Source: Octopus sinensis
Taxonomy: Eukaryota
Length of the DNA stretch: 64,000 nt
Direction of reading: 5' to 3'
Assembly: GCF_006345805.1 (NCBI RefSeq)
Contig: NC_043004.1
Location: forward strand, 50,282,001-50,346,000
Shown piece after piece: positions 25,016-36,821 of the stretch (within the stretch, counting starts at the first letter, position 1; each line of letters starts with the position of its first letter). The notes under the pieces were generated by a model. It did no database searches. It worked only from the letters and a program-made list of their open reading frames with translations, and had not been told where the DNA came from. The translations under genes and the position numbers were made by a program.

Positions 25016-26704
25016 GGATACTCAAAAAGGTGGAAGTGTTTGTGTCTGTTATTTTGTATTATGGTTATTGTGTATTGCGGCTGTGAGTTGGATTTTGTTG
25101 ATTTTGTTGTTGGAAGTTGTTACGGCGTAGTGAATTGTTGGAGTTTTTGTTGGGTATGCAAGTCCAAACTTATGCGGGGACAGCAGGCAAAGGCCTGGCT
25201 GCGAGCGAACTACACTTGGAAGAAATAGTTATCGAGGGAGAGTTTGAGGAAGTACTACGATAGCTTCAAGAAGGAATGTGATTGTCTGAGGGTCACACCA
25301 CCTGAAGACGAAGTGAAAGAAGTTGAGAAGAGAATTATAACGTACAGAACGTGGAGTGTGGTTTCGAAGAGAATAGAAGTAGCAGAGGTGGAAGAAATCG
25401 AGAAGTGTCCACAGGAAATTAAAGGAAAAACTACCTTCTACAATAGAGGTAGAAAATACGCGGCAGTAGTAGTTCGTTTTGAAAACGAAGTCGAAGCGAA
25501 GAGAAACGCCACGACAGTATTGAAATCCGAAAAATGGGTATTACTACCTAGCTATTGTGGAAAAAGAGCAGTGAGAATATGGATTAGTAAAATTTCACCG
25601 GAACTGGACACGGAAAGAATTGTAGCAGCAATAATATTCAACTGCAAAGAGAGCGTCGACATACTGAAGGTAGAAAAGTCGAAAGAAATAAATTGATGGG
25701 GTTATGCGGTGCAGGCTTTGGTTCACATAACCATGCCAGACCTGTATAACATCCCAGAGGAGTTGGTGTTCCCCGACGAGACACGTCTCAGAGTCGTGGT
25801 GGAGGGGAGACCCCAGTGTGTTACAAATGTAAAATTAGAGGCCACATGAAGGATATGTGTCTGCTGAGAGAAGTACAAGAGAAGACGATAACACTGGAGG
25901 CTTTGACAGAGGAGTTACAAAGGGCGAATGTGAAATTGCAAGCGGAAGAGGAAATCGTGACTACAGATAATGTGGAAAGTGGTGACGAGTTGGTGAAGGA
26001 GAAAGAAAAGGAAAGAACAGAAGAAAAAGAGGATAGAAAGAGAACGCGGGTGGAATCACCACCCAAAGCACAAAAAAAGAAAAACGCTAAAGAGAAGTCT
26101 ACCGACGAGATAGAGAAATCGAACGCACGAAGAGAGAGATACAGAAACGAAAGTGAGTGAAGTTTCAATGTGGGAGGAAGAGAAAGAATGGGAAAGAAAA
26201 ATGGAAGAACAACTGAAAATATGTAAGGAAGGACGAAGGGCAAAAGGAAGAAATCTCAAAGCTATAATGTTGTACAAAAAGGACAAAGAAATTGAGAAGA
26301 AATTAGCGAATATGAAAAATCTAACTAGAGTAAAACTGAACCCGAAGATATTCGATGACCAAATAAAGGCGGCAATTGTAGAAAGAGAGACAGTAATGAA
26401 ATTAATAAATGTGTATTCAAATATAGCTGTAGGCGTAATGCGATACATTCGATATGACAGTTTGCCAGGTGTTATAGAACAGGAGGAGTTACTCGATTAC
26501 ATTACGGATGAACGCCCCGGATAGCACAATTGTAATTGTAAATGAAACTGCGAGCTTTGTGGGGCTCGTAAGTCATTTCATTTAATTCATTATAAATATT
26601 TCATTGTCATACCATCCTTTTTGTATTTTTGTTATATGTATCCCATGTCCTGTATTGTTATGTCCCCTCTTCATTCGGGCCATTGTGCCTATAATAAAGA
26701 TTCA
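25016..26704 (+). mobile_element. ORF1-only non-LTR retroposon (HAL1-like), copy 2
   Basis: 17-bp TSD TCTTTCGACTCCAGACC at 24999-25015 and 26705-26721; AATAAA 6 nt from the 3' end; no ORF2 recognised. Confidence 0.82.
25156..26524 (+). pseudogene. LINE ORF1p/gag-like protein with CX2CX4HX4C knuckle, disrupted
   Basis: VLLPSYCGKRA, VVEGRP..CYKCKIRGHMKDMC (~25819-25860), coiled-coil-like E/K-rich region. Confidence 0.82.
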
Positions 26705-27506
26705 TCTTTCGACTCCAGACCTTTTAAGGTCTAGTCATTGACCACAGAGCTACTCAGCTATGTTCCAGTTCCAGCGACAGACGACAGACAGAACGTTTTC
26801 TATCTCCGCCGCCATCATCACCATCATCGTACTCTAACTTTACGCCGTCTTCACCATCGTCGCCATTCCACCATCAACAGCATGTACATGTCAACAACCC
26901 GACCAAGTTCAACTCACGCTGTTAGAGTTAATCTTTCACCAAGGATAACAGTCAGTCCATCTAAAGAGATACTACATCAAGAGACTCAGCCCGGCGTTGA
27001 GGCTCCAACCGCTGCACGACATGAGCCCAACCGGCCTCCGCCTCGAGACACCAACATCTTGTTATAGAACTTACTATCGTGTACCATATGAACTGGTAAT
27101 TTAAACTCTATCATAACTCTCTATGCTGAGACTCATCTTATGCTCTGTATTCTGTATTTCTGTTTCATGTGCATACACCTTTGTCTGTACCTTCTGTCAC
27201 ATACACGAACACACAGACACACGTGTCGCACGCACACAGACACAAACATTTGATGCATGCTCACATACGCCCCACCTTGCTAGCACTCACAACACTCTCA
27301 CTTTATACATTGTAAATAAAGCTATCTCTTCTCTCTCAAACAGTGGAACGGTTTGTTGTCCTTCATTATATTTTTTGGTACTGTATTTTATATATCCATG
27401 TAGTATGGCTTCTCTTATATACTTATGTTAGGATGCGACCGTGCGGCGTACAAAAGGAGACATTTGTCACCAACCTCCTTACGTACGGTCGTATAACACT
27501 ACATAT

Positions 27507-27710
27507 ATATCACAGGTGCTGAAAGGTTCCTGGCTTTGAGTAAAAGAAAATACAGGCGAATCAGTAAATTATGATTTCATTCAACATATTGCCCTCTCAG
27601 ATTTACACACATATTGCAATGGTTCTTCACTTTTTCTAAGCCATGTAAAAGAATTTGGAAGGTTCGGATTCTAACTAGGCCATTCGCGAACTTTTCAGCA
27701 CCCCACTCAT
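27507..27710 (+). mobile_element. Mariner-type MITE 5' fragment
   Basis: Starts ..ggtgctgaaaggttcctggcttt.., which resembles mariner TIR sequence. Confidence 0.4.
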
Positions 27711-27756
27711 ATACACACTCACTGTAAAGATAGGCATCTACGCAAACCCATACACG

Positions 27757-28925
27757 TGTTAGCTTGGAAAGAAAGTCTTGTCACGTTTCAAGATTGGAAG
27801 AAACAAATGGTTCTTTGATCTCACTTTATATATTACATCAAGATAATATTCCCCCTCATTATCACTATTATAATCCCATCTATTTAGCAAACAGCTGATC
27901 CTTGGACGCAAACCTCTCCAGGTTTCCAAACAAAGAGACATTCGATATCATTTTAAATCTTTTTACAATGATTGTTCTCCTTCTAAATAAGCTTGTATTG
28001 CTCTCAAAAGATGATAGATGGAGCAAGTTCAGGAGAGTATGGCAAAGCTCCCATATTTAGTCTTATAATCTTAGACTATATGTGGCCTTGCATTATCGTG
28101 TTAACGCCACTCCTCCCTTTATGATCGACCAATGATGGTTGCTTTTCCTGCAAATTGTGTAATGATTCCAATTGACGGCAATACTTTTCTGCATAAACTG
28201 TCTTCTTTCGGTGAAACATTTCGCGAGAGACGACAGCCTCCACATCCCACAAAACACAGAGAAAAACTTTTTTCTGGAGTAATCCTTGTTTAGAAGAAGG
28301 ATTCTCTTTTCCATTTGGTGTTAACCATTATTGTTTTCACTGGCTATGGTTATAGAGAACCTCAGAAAGGTTTGGTAGCAACTGTACTTTTCAATGATAA
28401 GCAGAAGGCAACGTTTTGATTATGCTGAAAAGCAGTCAGATCAGGAGAGAACCACTTTCCCTCGTTCACGAAGGTGTTTTATGATTGAAGTGTGACTTTA
28501 ATTAAACTATTTTTGCAAATTCTCGTGCAGTTTGCTTTGGTTTTTCCTCATTTACGGTTGTCAGAAGATCAGTTTGACAGAACTTCGTTGTCCAGATCGA
28601 AGGGAATCTGCGAGAGAAACATTTCCCTAGCGAAATTGGCCAAACTATCATAGTATGTCCCGACACTTAAAGCTTCATTTTCATACACATTGCAAATATT
28701 TCTTCATACTTTTTAACTCAAGCATGCAGTGCCGGATAAGGGACTGGTCTAAATTCATTTTAAAATATTAAAATCAACACGAATTTAATCATTAAGATAT
28801 AAAGTAATCTGCAAAGAAAAACAGATACATTAGAATGTAAAAATTGATGCTTTATTTTATCGTAAAAAATACCCGCAAAGTCATTATATAAAAAAAAGCA
28901 ACAGAACTTTCCTTCCAACCAAATA
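27757..28925 (-). mobile_element. Full-length decayed mariner, ~1.17 kb
   Basis: KKVFLCVLWD, HDNARPH, YSPELAPS, RWDYNSDNEGEY in shifted frames; degenerate TIRs at 27757-27786 and ~28897-28925. Confidence 0.8.
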
Positions 28926-29361
28926 TCTTTTAGTATGTTAGATATTTTTTCATATATTTATTTAATACTTAGTATTTTAGCATAAAAAACACTTTAAAAG
29001 TCAGTCCCTTTATAAGATACCATGAACTATGCTAAACAATTGTCTTCAATTTGACCTTATTGTGACCTCTACCCAACAAACTTTCCCATACCCTTTTTTT
29101 TTTCATTCTCTACTTCCATATCACAACCTTTTTATTGACATGTCTAGTTAGTAGTTTATTTGACCTTTAACCGTTTATTTAGCTTACTACCGCGAATGAA
29201 ATAAACATTCCATTTACGGGAATTTTTAACAAATTGTAAAATCCACGTTCTTTTGATGAAGCTTTTCTCCTTATATAAAAATACAAGTCGGCAAAGATTA
29301 CTTCACTGGCTGAACAAGCCAGTAGGCGAAACTTGAAGACCTACTCAACTTGATCTTCGCC

Positions 29362-29768
29362 ACATACATACATACATGCATACATACATGCATACATACA
29401 TACATACATACATACATACATACATACACGCATACATGCATGCATACATACATACATACATACATACATACATACATGCATGCATGCATGCATGCATACA
29501 TACATACATACATACATATATACACGCATACATGCATACATACATACATACATACATGCATACATACATACATACATGCATACATACATGCATACATACA
29601 TACATACATACATACATACATACATTCATGCATGCATACATACATACATACATACATACATACATACATGCATACAAACATACATACATGCATGCATACA
29701 TGCATGCATACAAGCATACACACATACATGCATACATACATGCATACATACATACATACATACATACA
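29362..29768. repeat. (TACA)n / (TGCA) compound microsatellite
   Basis: Direct inspection. Confidence 0.95.
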
Positions 29769-30682
29769 AAAATTCCCTGTTGTTGATGTTGAAATTCCAA
29801 TGATGGAACCAATGATGGATCCAGTTAGGAACCGGTTCTTTCTCTATTGGCAAGAAATCTTGAAATAAACTGAATAATGATATACATATAAAAGTCAGGA
29901 GATATGAGAGGTGACTATATATTTATTTAACGACGTAACATCCTCAGGGTTTATGGCCGTTTTGCAACCTTTTCTTGTAGTATTAATTTCAAACGATTCA
30001 CTGAATCCACGTCTTATATTACTCAGTCACACACACACGGAGTAAAAAAATATTCATATTGTGTAATAAAGATATATTTAGTCTTTTACTGAAATTAGAA
30101 CCACAGTTACAGCAACAGAGATTTCGTCAGCTTAGAGTGAAAATAGAAACAGCTAGTTCCGTCTTTCTTAAGACTTATTAGAGATTACTTAACAGTGGAG
30201 AAGGCTAGCCACTGGATTTGGTTAAAAAGAGACGATGAGCGATGGCTAGAAGTATATTGAGTTCTTCATAACCAGCTGATCTAGCAAGCGGGGCCTCATA
30301 TCAGTGAGGGGGGCCGGTGCGCATTGATGCCGTCGAGAGGTAGGCCCCGAAACGGCGCGCATTCTCTCCTGATGACCCCATACACTTGCTAGCTTCCGGT
30401 ATACGGAGCTTTTAACTGGTAGCACTTGCAAGTGCAAGTTGTTTGCAAGACATTTGCCATTAAAACTAGCGGGAAACGACTACTTATTGTATGTCTAAAC
30501 ACAACTGTGCTCTGTACACCTCTTATATAACATTACAAGGTTGACTGGTTGACATTAATAATACGTTATATATAATTATAATGTCATATGCATACAGGTC
30601 ATTATTTATGTTTAATTACCAGATATGTAATATCCTCTCTGGTTCGCTCTCTCTCTCTCTTTCTGTCTGTCTATCTATCTAA

Positions 30683-30750
<68 letters not shown>

Positions 30751-30807
30751 TATCTATCTATCTATGCATCTATCTAGCTGTATATATATATATATATATA
30801 ATATATA

Positions 30808-30861
<54 letters not shown>

Positions 30862-30920
30862 ATAGTAATGCAATACTAGAGTATTGCTTTTCAGTAAAGG
30901 ATAGCCCGTGAGGGTAAAAT

Positions 30921-31366
30921 TATACATAAAAGTAAATAAATGGTACAACGAAGCACCGATATCTACTGGAAAATAGCGAACGTAATAAATACGACGCTAA
31001 TGTATAGCTTCACTGCGTATGTACTAGTAAAGATGCGTGTGTGCAACAAACATGAAAAAAATTGTCTTACCTCTAGTAACTTTTGAAATATTGTCGGGGT
31101 TTATGCAGCTGATGAGGATAAATCAAGTATACGTTTGGCAAGCGTATCTTGAAAAATCCGAAACCGGTACTACATTATCCATTATCTAGGTTTTTCATTT
31201 TTCAGATGTTTTTCCTAGAGGTAAGACAATTTTTTTCATGTTTGTTGCACACACGCATCTTTACTAGTACATACACAGTGAAGCTATACATTAGCGTCGT
31301 ATTTATTACGTTCGCTATTTTCCAGTAGATATCGGTGCTTCGTTGTACCATTTATTTACTTTTATG

Positions 31367-31370
<4 letters not shown>
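30921..31370. mobile_element. Fold-back element: 156-bp near-perfect inverted arms around a 138-bp spacer
   Basis: 30921-31076 is the reverse complement of 31215-31370; I noticed one mismatch; (TA)n on the right flank and ~60 bp upstream on the left. Confidence 0.9.
31103..31175 (+). ncRNA. Type I hammerhead ribozyme motif
   Basis: Stem I AUGCAG/CUACAU (one C-A mismatch); CUGAUGA at 31109-31115; stem II GGAU/AUCC extended by UCAAG/CUUGA and AUACG/CGUAU; GAAA at 31160-31163; palindromic stem III ACCGGU; GUA cleavage site after 31169. Confidence 0.8.
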
Positions 31371-31397
<27 letters not shown>

Positions 31398-31420
31398 TAT
31401 TTGTATTTCGGGACGGTCAT

Positions 31421-31454
<34 letters not shown>

Positions 31455-32029
31455 TGTATGTATGTATGTATGTATGTTGTTGTATTTCGCGTCGGTCATT
31501 TTTTTCTTTTTTGCCAAATAAACACACGCACTATATATTTTTTCTTCACTCGTTTATTACTGTTCTTATTTTATTATTTTAACTCATGTCCATTGTCCAG
31601 AAATCTTTCGTCACACATCTGTGACTTCTTCAGTGACACTTTTCGTTTTCGTGTGTGTTCTTGTTCAACTTACTCCATTCTGACAGAATTATATATATAT
31701 ATGTTATGATGTATATTTGCCACCTAAAAGTGGCTGACCCATTAGGAACGTTGCTACTGTACCTTATAGCCCAAGGAAGACATCTCCTCCAGTTGGCTAT
31801 TAACACACTGTGCCTATCAGTATTTGCAAAGGGAAATCATCGTTCTCATCTCCAGCCTGACATGATACATACGGACCCGAGTCCGCAATTTCGCGCTTTC
31901 AACGATAATGCGTTTGACCCTCTGGCTGATAACTGATGAAGATTTAGTGACCTTTTCTGCTTGTTTTCCGTTTGTTGGTGCATCTATTATATGTTTTTTT
32001 AGACTTATTTAATGGAATTCCACATATTT

Positions 32030-32066
<37 letters not shown>

Positions 32067-32245
32067 AATTGAGATAGGGGTTGTAAATGCAGCCCTCCAT
32101 GGGATAACATATATCCAATATACTGTTGTTCTGCTTTTTATATCTAACCCTACAGTCTCTTATGTGGTGGTTTAATAAAGTATGTGATTGAGTATTATCT
32201 GGTAATTGATATTTGATTTAGGTGTATTTCTCCATTTTCTTATCT

Positions 32246-32349
<104 letters not shown>

Positions 32350-32391
32350 TGTGTGTATATGTATATATATGTATATATATATGTATATATA

Positions 32392-33998
32392 CAGGGTGCG
32401 TAAGGTATTTGAGAACATATATTAATTTTACTATAGCAGCATATTTATCAACTTAATATTTTCTATATTTCAGAATTATCAATGGCAGACCCTATGATTA
32501 CACAAGAAATTAAGAAGCACGTTGTCATCGTGGCTCTAAAGGCTGAACATAGCAATTTAGAAACAGCACGATTTTTAGAAGCCGCCTGGTCCTTCGTCTA
32601 CAAAATTTGCAAAGAGTTAGAGGCTAAAAACGGAAATGTATCGCCAGTGTCAAACATTGTGGACGCACTGAGACTATTAGAACACCAGAATTTATTCAAC
32701 GAGTAAAGCAGACCCTTCATGACAACCCCAGAAGATCCATGAGGCTGATTGCTAAAGAACACCATGTGTCAAAAAGAACAATCCGGAATGTTGTCCACAA
32801 AGACATCAAATATAAATCTTATGTGATAAGGAAAGGTAATTTCATGTCAGAAAAGTGTAGAAATATCGCTTAATCAGATCTAGAAGACTCCAGAACAAAC
32901 TTAAAAACCCAGCAGAGAAAGATGTCATTTGGTTCTTCTCTACGAGAAAAAACTTTGATGAAAATCAGAATGTAAACAGAAGAAATGATAGATGGCTATG
33001 TACAGACCCTTCGGAAGTTCAATGAGTAATGCATACAAAATTTCCTGAAACTGTCATTGCTTTGGGGGTTGTCAGCAATGAAAGACGTGATGCCTCCTCA
33101 CTTCTTTCCGCAAAGTCTTTGAGTAAACTCTGCTGCATACATAGATGTTCTGAATACAGTGGTTAAGATATGGATCGATAATATACACAACGGAAGACCT
33201 TATGTGTTTCAACAAGACTCGGTACCATCACACAAGGCTACAGTAACGCAGGAATGGATGGCGGAAAATGTTCATGACCACATAACCCACAACATTTTCC
33301 CTCCTAGCTCCCTTGATCTCAATCCATTCGACTACTATGCTTGGTTAATGAGCACCCTCATAACACCAAAGAATCCCTAAAAGTCTCCATAGTCAGAGTA
33401 ATGTCCAATATGAACACAAACCACTTGATCCTAGCATATAGGCGATTCAGACCTCGCATAGAAGCTGTAGGCGCAGTTACCCACCTTGACAGCGGGACTA
33501 AACAAACTGGCACTAGATGGCGTTAGAGTGTGAGATTCTGGCACGAGCCCTTACGACTACCTCTTTCTGCATCAGGACACGAAACTGTGAAGACGTAACC
33601 TAACCGGTCCTCTCTCACACCACACGCCAGTAGCAGATAGCTAACGCACAGAAGACCATGGCCTCCACGCATCAAACCACTTTCATTTTTATCATTCAGT
33701 TCGTGTGCATACGTGTGGCCACATTAAAGGTATATAAAGTCACAGCCATGTTTTATGTATTCTTTATACCGGGTTTCCTGTCAAATGATATTACAGCCTT
33801 CTGAGTTGAATCACATTAGATGAAGTACAATCTATTAATCTATAAAGCCGTTATTGAAGCTGAAGGAGTCTTTATTGAATAAAATGACAAAATAGTATGT
33901 TTATTCTTATCCTCAAAAATATTTTCAGTAAAAAGGCATTATTGTCTGTTTCTTAGAGTCATTTTTGTGTAAGTATATAACTGTTCTCAAATACCTTA
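32392..33998 (+). mobile_element. maT-family (D,D37D) Tc1/mariner element, decayed, with an LTR insertion
   Basis: TA|CAGGGTG start; taaggtatttgagaac / gttctcaaatacctta TIR match; FQQDSVPSH...PPSSLDLNPFDY with 37 residues between the aspartates. Confidence 0.88.
33466..33844. mobile_element. 379-bp solo LTR-like insertion within the maT coding end
   Basis: TGTAG...CTATA ends; 4-bp TSD AAGC at 33462-33465 and 33845-33848; removing it restores RIEAVIEAEGVFIE*. Confidence 0.8.
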
Positions 33999-34000
33999 TT

Positions 34001-34034
<34 letters not shown>

Positions 34035-34303
34035 GAGGCGCAATGGCCCAGTGGTTAGGGCAGCGGACTCGCGGTCGTAGGATCACGGTTTCGATTCCTA
34101 GACCGGGCGTTGTGAGTGTTTATTGAGCGAAAACACCTAAAAAGCTCCACGAGGCTCTGGCAGGGGGTGGTGATCCCTGCTGTACTCTTTCACCACACTT
34201 TCTCTCACTCTTTCTTCTGTTGGCCTGCTCGCTTAGCCAGCGGGGTGGCGTCATTCGAAGGCTAAAACAGCGATGTGTAACAACATCTGATGGTCTGGTC
34301 GGT

Positions 34304-34308
<5 letters not shown>
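34035..34308 (+). mobile_element. tRNA-derived SINE, family B
   Basis: ggcgcaatggcccagtggttagggcagcggactcgcgg..gtttcgattcc; other copies at 46288-46490, 53352-53730 (-) and 55420-55722. Confidence 0.85.
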
Positions 34309-34370
<62 letters not shown>

Positions 34371-34406
34371 TACAAAAAGTAGAGGAAATCTCAAGCGCAG
34401 AATATG

Positions 34407-35155
34407 TGTAAAAACAGCACCGATGATCGGGTAAACACCTATAACTGGTGAGGATGTATTCCTCTCTAATGTGACTCTACTCAGAAGGCAGTAATATAAT
34501 TTGACAGGAACATGGTATAAAGAAATACATGGAACAAGGTGGTAACTTTAAATGTCTTTAATGTGGGCCTCACATATATACACACAAGCTGGGGATAAAT
34601 GGAAGTGGTTGATGGACATTTATTCAGATATCTACATGCGCCTGCGTGGGTTGTATGTTAGCTGTTAACCCTGGTGAGGAGGCTCACGAACAGCGATATG
34701 TTAAAACCTGTGCAGTGCGTTGGTACTGTGTAGAGATGTTGTTGACGACGTTGGTGAGAGACATGATGGTGACGACGAAGATAAAGGTCACTGTAATGTG
34801 GTCAGTGGTTAGACCTGAGAAGGTCTGGAACCAACAGACGTCGAGACTAGGAGTAGGTGAGTTTCTTTATACCTAACGGTAGGCGTAAATTGGAGTTTGG
34901 AACAGACTGTCTCACGTAATTCATTAGGAGGCTGCAATTGGTTGGGCTGCATATTGACGCGCGATATAGTAAGAGACAAATTGCGCCAATACCAACCAAT
35001 CAGAGTGACAGACACATCAGGGTTCAAAACAGCGTCCAATGGTTAGCTGTTACCTGCTACGTTCGTATGTATGTATATATAATAGAGAGAGGAAGTTCAC
35101 TAGAGTTCGCCACATACCCTTAGAAGACAGAGAAAGTGGCTAGCTAGCCGTTACA
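34407..35155 (-). mobile_element. Solo LTR-like copy related to 24753-27500
   Basis: Shares gcgcgatata..gagacaaa..gcgcca..ccaaccaat and ggtca.tg..tagacct..aaggtctgga blocks; minus strand starts TGTAAC; TSD not found. Confidence 0.65.
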
Positions 35156-35254
35156 GAGACTCGAACTCTGTACTTATCAAATTCCGGCTGAGCGCTCTGT
35201 ACCTTTAAGCTAAACGAATCCTCACACACACACACACACACACATCTTTATCTT

Positions 35255-36450
35255 TTTTTTCCATCTGTTTACTTGTTTCAGTTATACGGAGTGTGACCAT
35301 GCAGGGGCGCTGCCTAGAAGTGTTTAGTCGAACAAATCGCTCCTGTAATAATTTTGTTTTGTTCTTTTTTTTAAGACTTGCACTTGTGCTTATTGGTTTG
35401 CCGAACCGCTAGTTTAGGAAGCTATAAACACATACACAACTATACACACACACACACATATATGTACGTGTGTGCATACGATGGGCTTGCACACAGTTTC
35501 CGCCTACCAAATTCACTCATAAGACATTTTTCAATCCAGGGCAGTAATAGAAGACACTTGCCCAAGATACTACGCAGTGGGACTGAAACCAAAACCGAGG
35601 GGTTGCAAAGTAAATTTCTTAACCCTTAAAGGGTTTAGTCGAACAAATTAATCCCAGTACTTATTTGTAAGTCTGATACTTATCATATCGGTCTGGGGCT
35701 TTAACAAAGTGCCGAGCAGAGGGACTGCACCCATGACCTCACAGTTGGGAAGCAAGCTTCTTAACCACATAGTCACATTGATCATACAAATAAAACTCTG
35801 TCCCGCTGTTTCACTATGCATGTACAACGAACTATCATAATGCAGTACAATGCAGTATATGGAACAAAAATCGATAGAAAATTGCAATTGCCAATAGAAT
35901 TGCACACCACACACACACACACACACACACACACCACACACACACACACACAACTATATGAGACTATGGAGGCTTTGCTAATCGAAAAAGCGGAAGGCAA
36001 AAATCAACATATTATTACAACGCATATGAAATTAACTCTGACATCTAACGGAATTAGTTGTTGAATAATTATTAAACCCAACACTGAAAAAACCGAAAAA
36101 AAAAGAGGTAAAAAATCACCAATACTCTCATGATCCTTGGCAACACAACGCAAAGCGTGCAAACATACGTTATCCTACAATTATTTCATTCTGAGAATGG
36201 AGCTGAGATATCCTGAGATATCAATGTGGCTATGTGGTTAAGAAGCTTGCTTCCCAACTGTGAGGTCATGGGTGCAGTCCCTCTGCTCGGCACTTTGTTA
36301 AAGCCCCAGACTCACCAAAGCCTTGTAAGCTTATGCGCGCTCGCGTGTCTTTGTGTCTGTGTTGTATTTGTTGTCCACCACCGCTTGACAACCGTGTTGG
36401 TGTGTTTACGTCCCCCATAACTTAGCAGTTTGGCAAAAAGAGACCGATAT
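35255..36450. mobile_element. Cluster of degenerate SINE family A fragments
   Basis: Partial consensus matches at ~35255-35640 (-), 35640-35775 (-) and 36218-36450 (+). Confidence 0.6.
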
Positions 36451-36670
36451 TGATTTAAGATCGCTAATATTTTATTCTGAAAAATAAAGGACAAAACTAA
36501 TTATTAAAAAATATGAAAGAACATTTAATAAGAAGACCAAACTCGAACATAGTCGTGTCTTTAATATTATACACATACACCCACACACGTATGCAAAACA
36601 AGGCGGAAAAAATAGTAATCGAATACAGAAAGCAGAATAATATGCTTTTATTAAAGCTGCAAAAATCTTC

Positions 36671-36709
36671 ACTGTTACTCAGTTTCACGTTACCTTTCGT
36701 CGGTCAGTT
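36671..36709 (-). ncRNA. Degenerate hammerhead motif, inverted partner of 36735-36776
   Basis: AACUGA-CCGACGA-AAG(GUAA)CGU-GAAA-CUGAGU-A-ACAGU; stem II partly mismatched. Confidence 0.45.
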
Positions 36710-36734
36710 GTGAGTATACTCACTGGATGATCAT

Positions 36735-36776
36735 AACTGTCCGACGAGCGGTAACGCGAAATTCTGAGTAACAGTT
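36735..36776 (+). ncRNA. Type I hammerhead ribozyme motif (U4C)
   Basis: Perfect 6-bp stem I AACUGU/ACAGUU; CCGACGA; stem II GCG-GUAA-CGC with a GNRA loop; GAAA; quasi-palindromic stem III AUUCUGAGU; GUA cleavage site after 36770. Confidence 0.72.
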
Positions 36777-36821
36777 TGTAAAGATGTTTTTCAGTTTTAA
36801 TGAAAGTATATATATATATTA

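Larger units (their letters stand above)
24753..27500 (+). mobile_element. ~1.04-kb solo LTR interrupted by the ORF1-only element
   Basis: (T)GTAGCA start, apparently split by the CR1; CTACA end; TATAAAA at ~24969; AATAAA at ~27316; homologous to 34407-35155 and to the 5' end of 8842-8946. Confidence 0.7.

Noticed and set aside
30335-30380. GAAAC...CUGAUGA in a GC-rich patch
   Set aside because: Stems II and III do not pair, and no coding or RNA family is recognised for 30240-30480.
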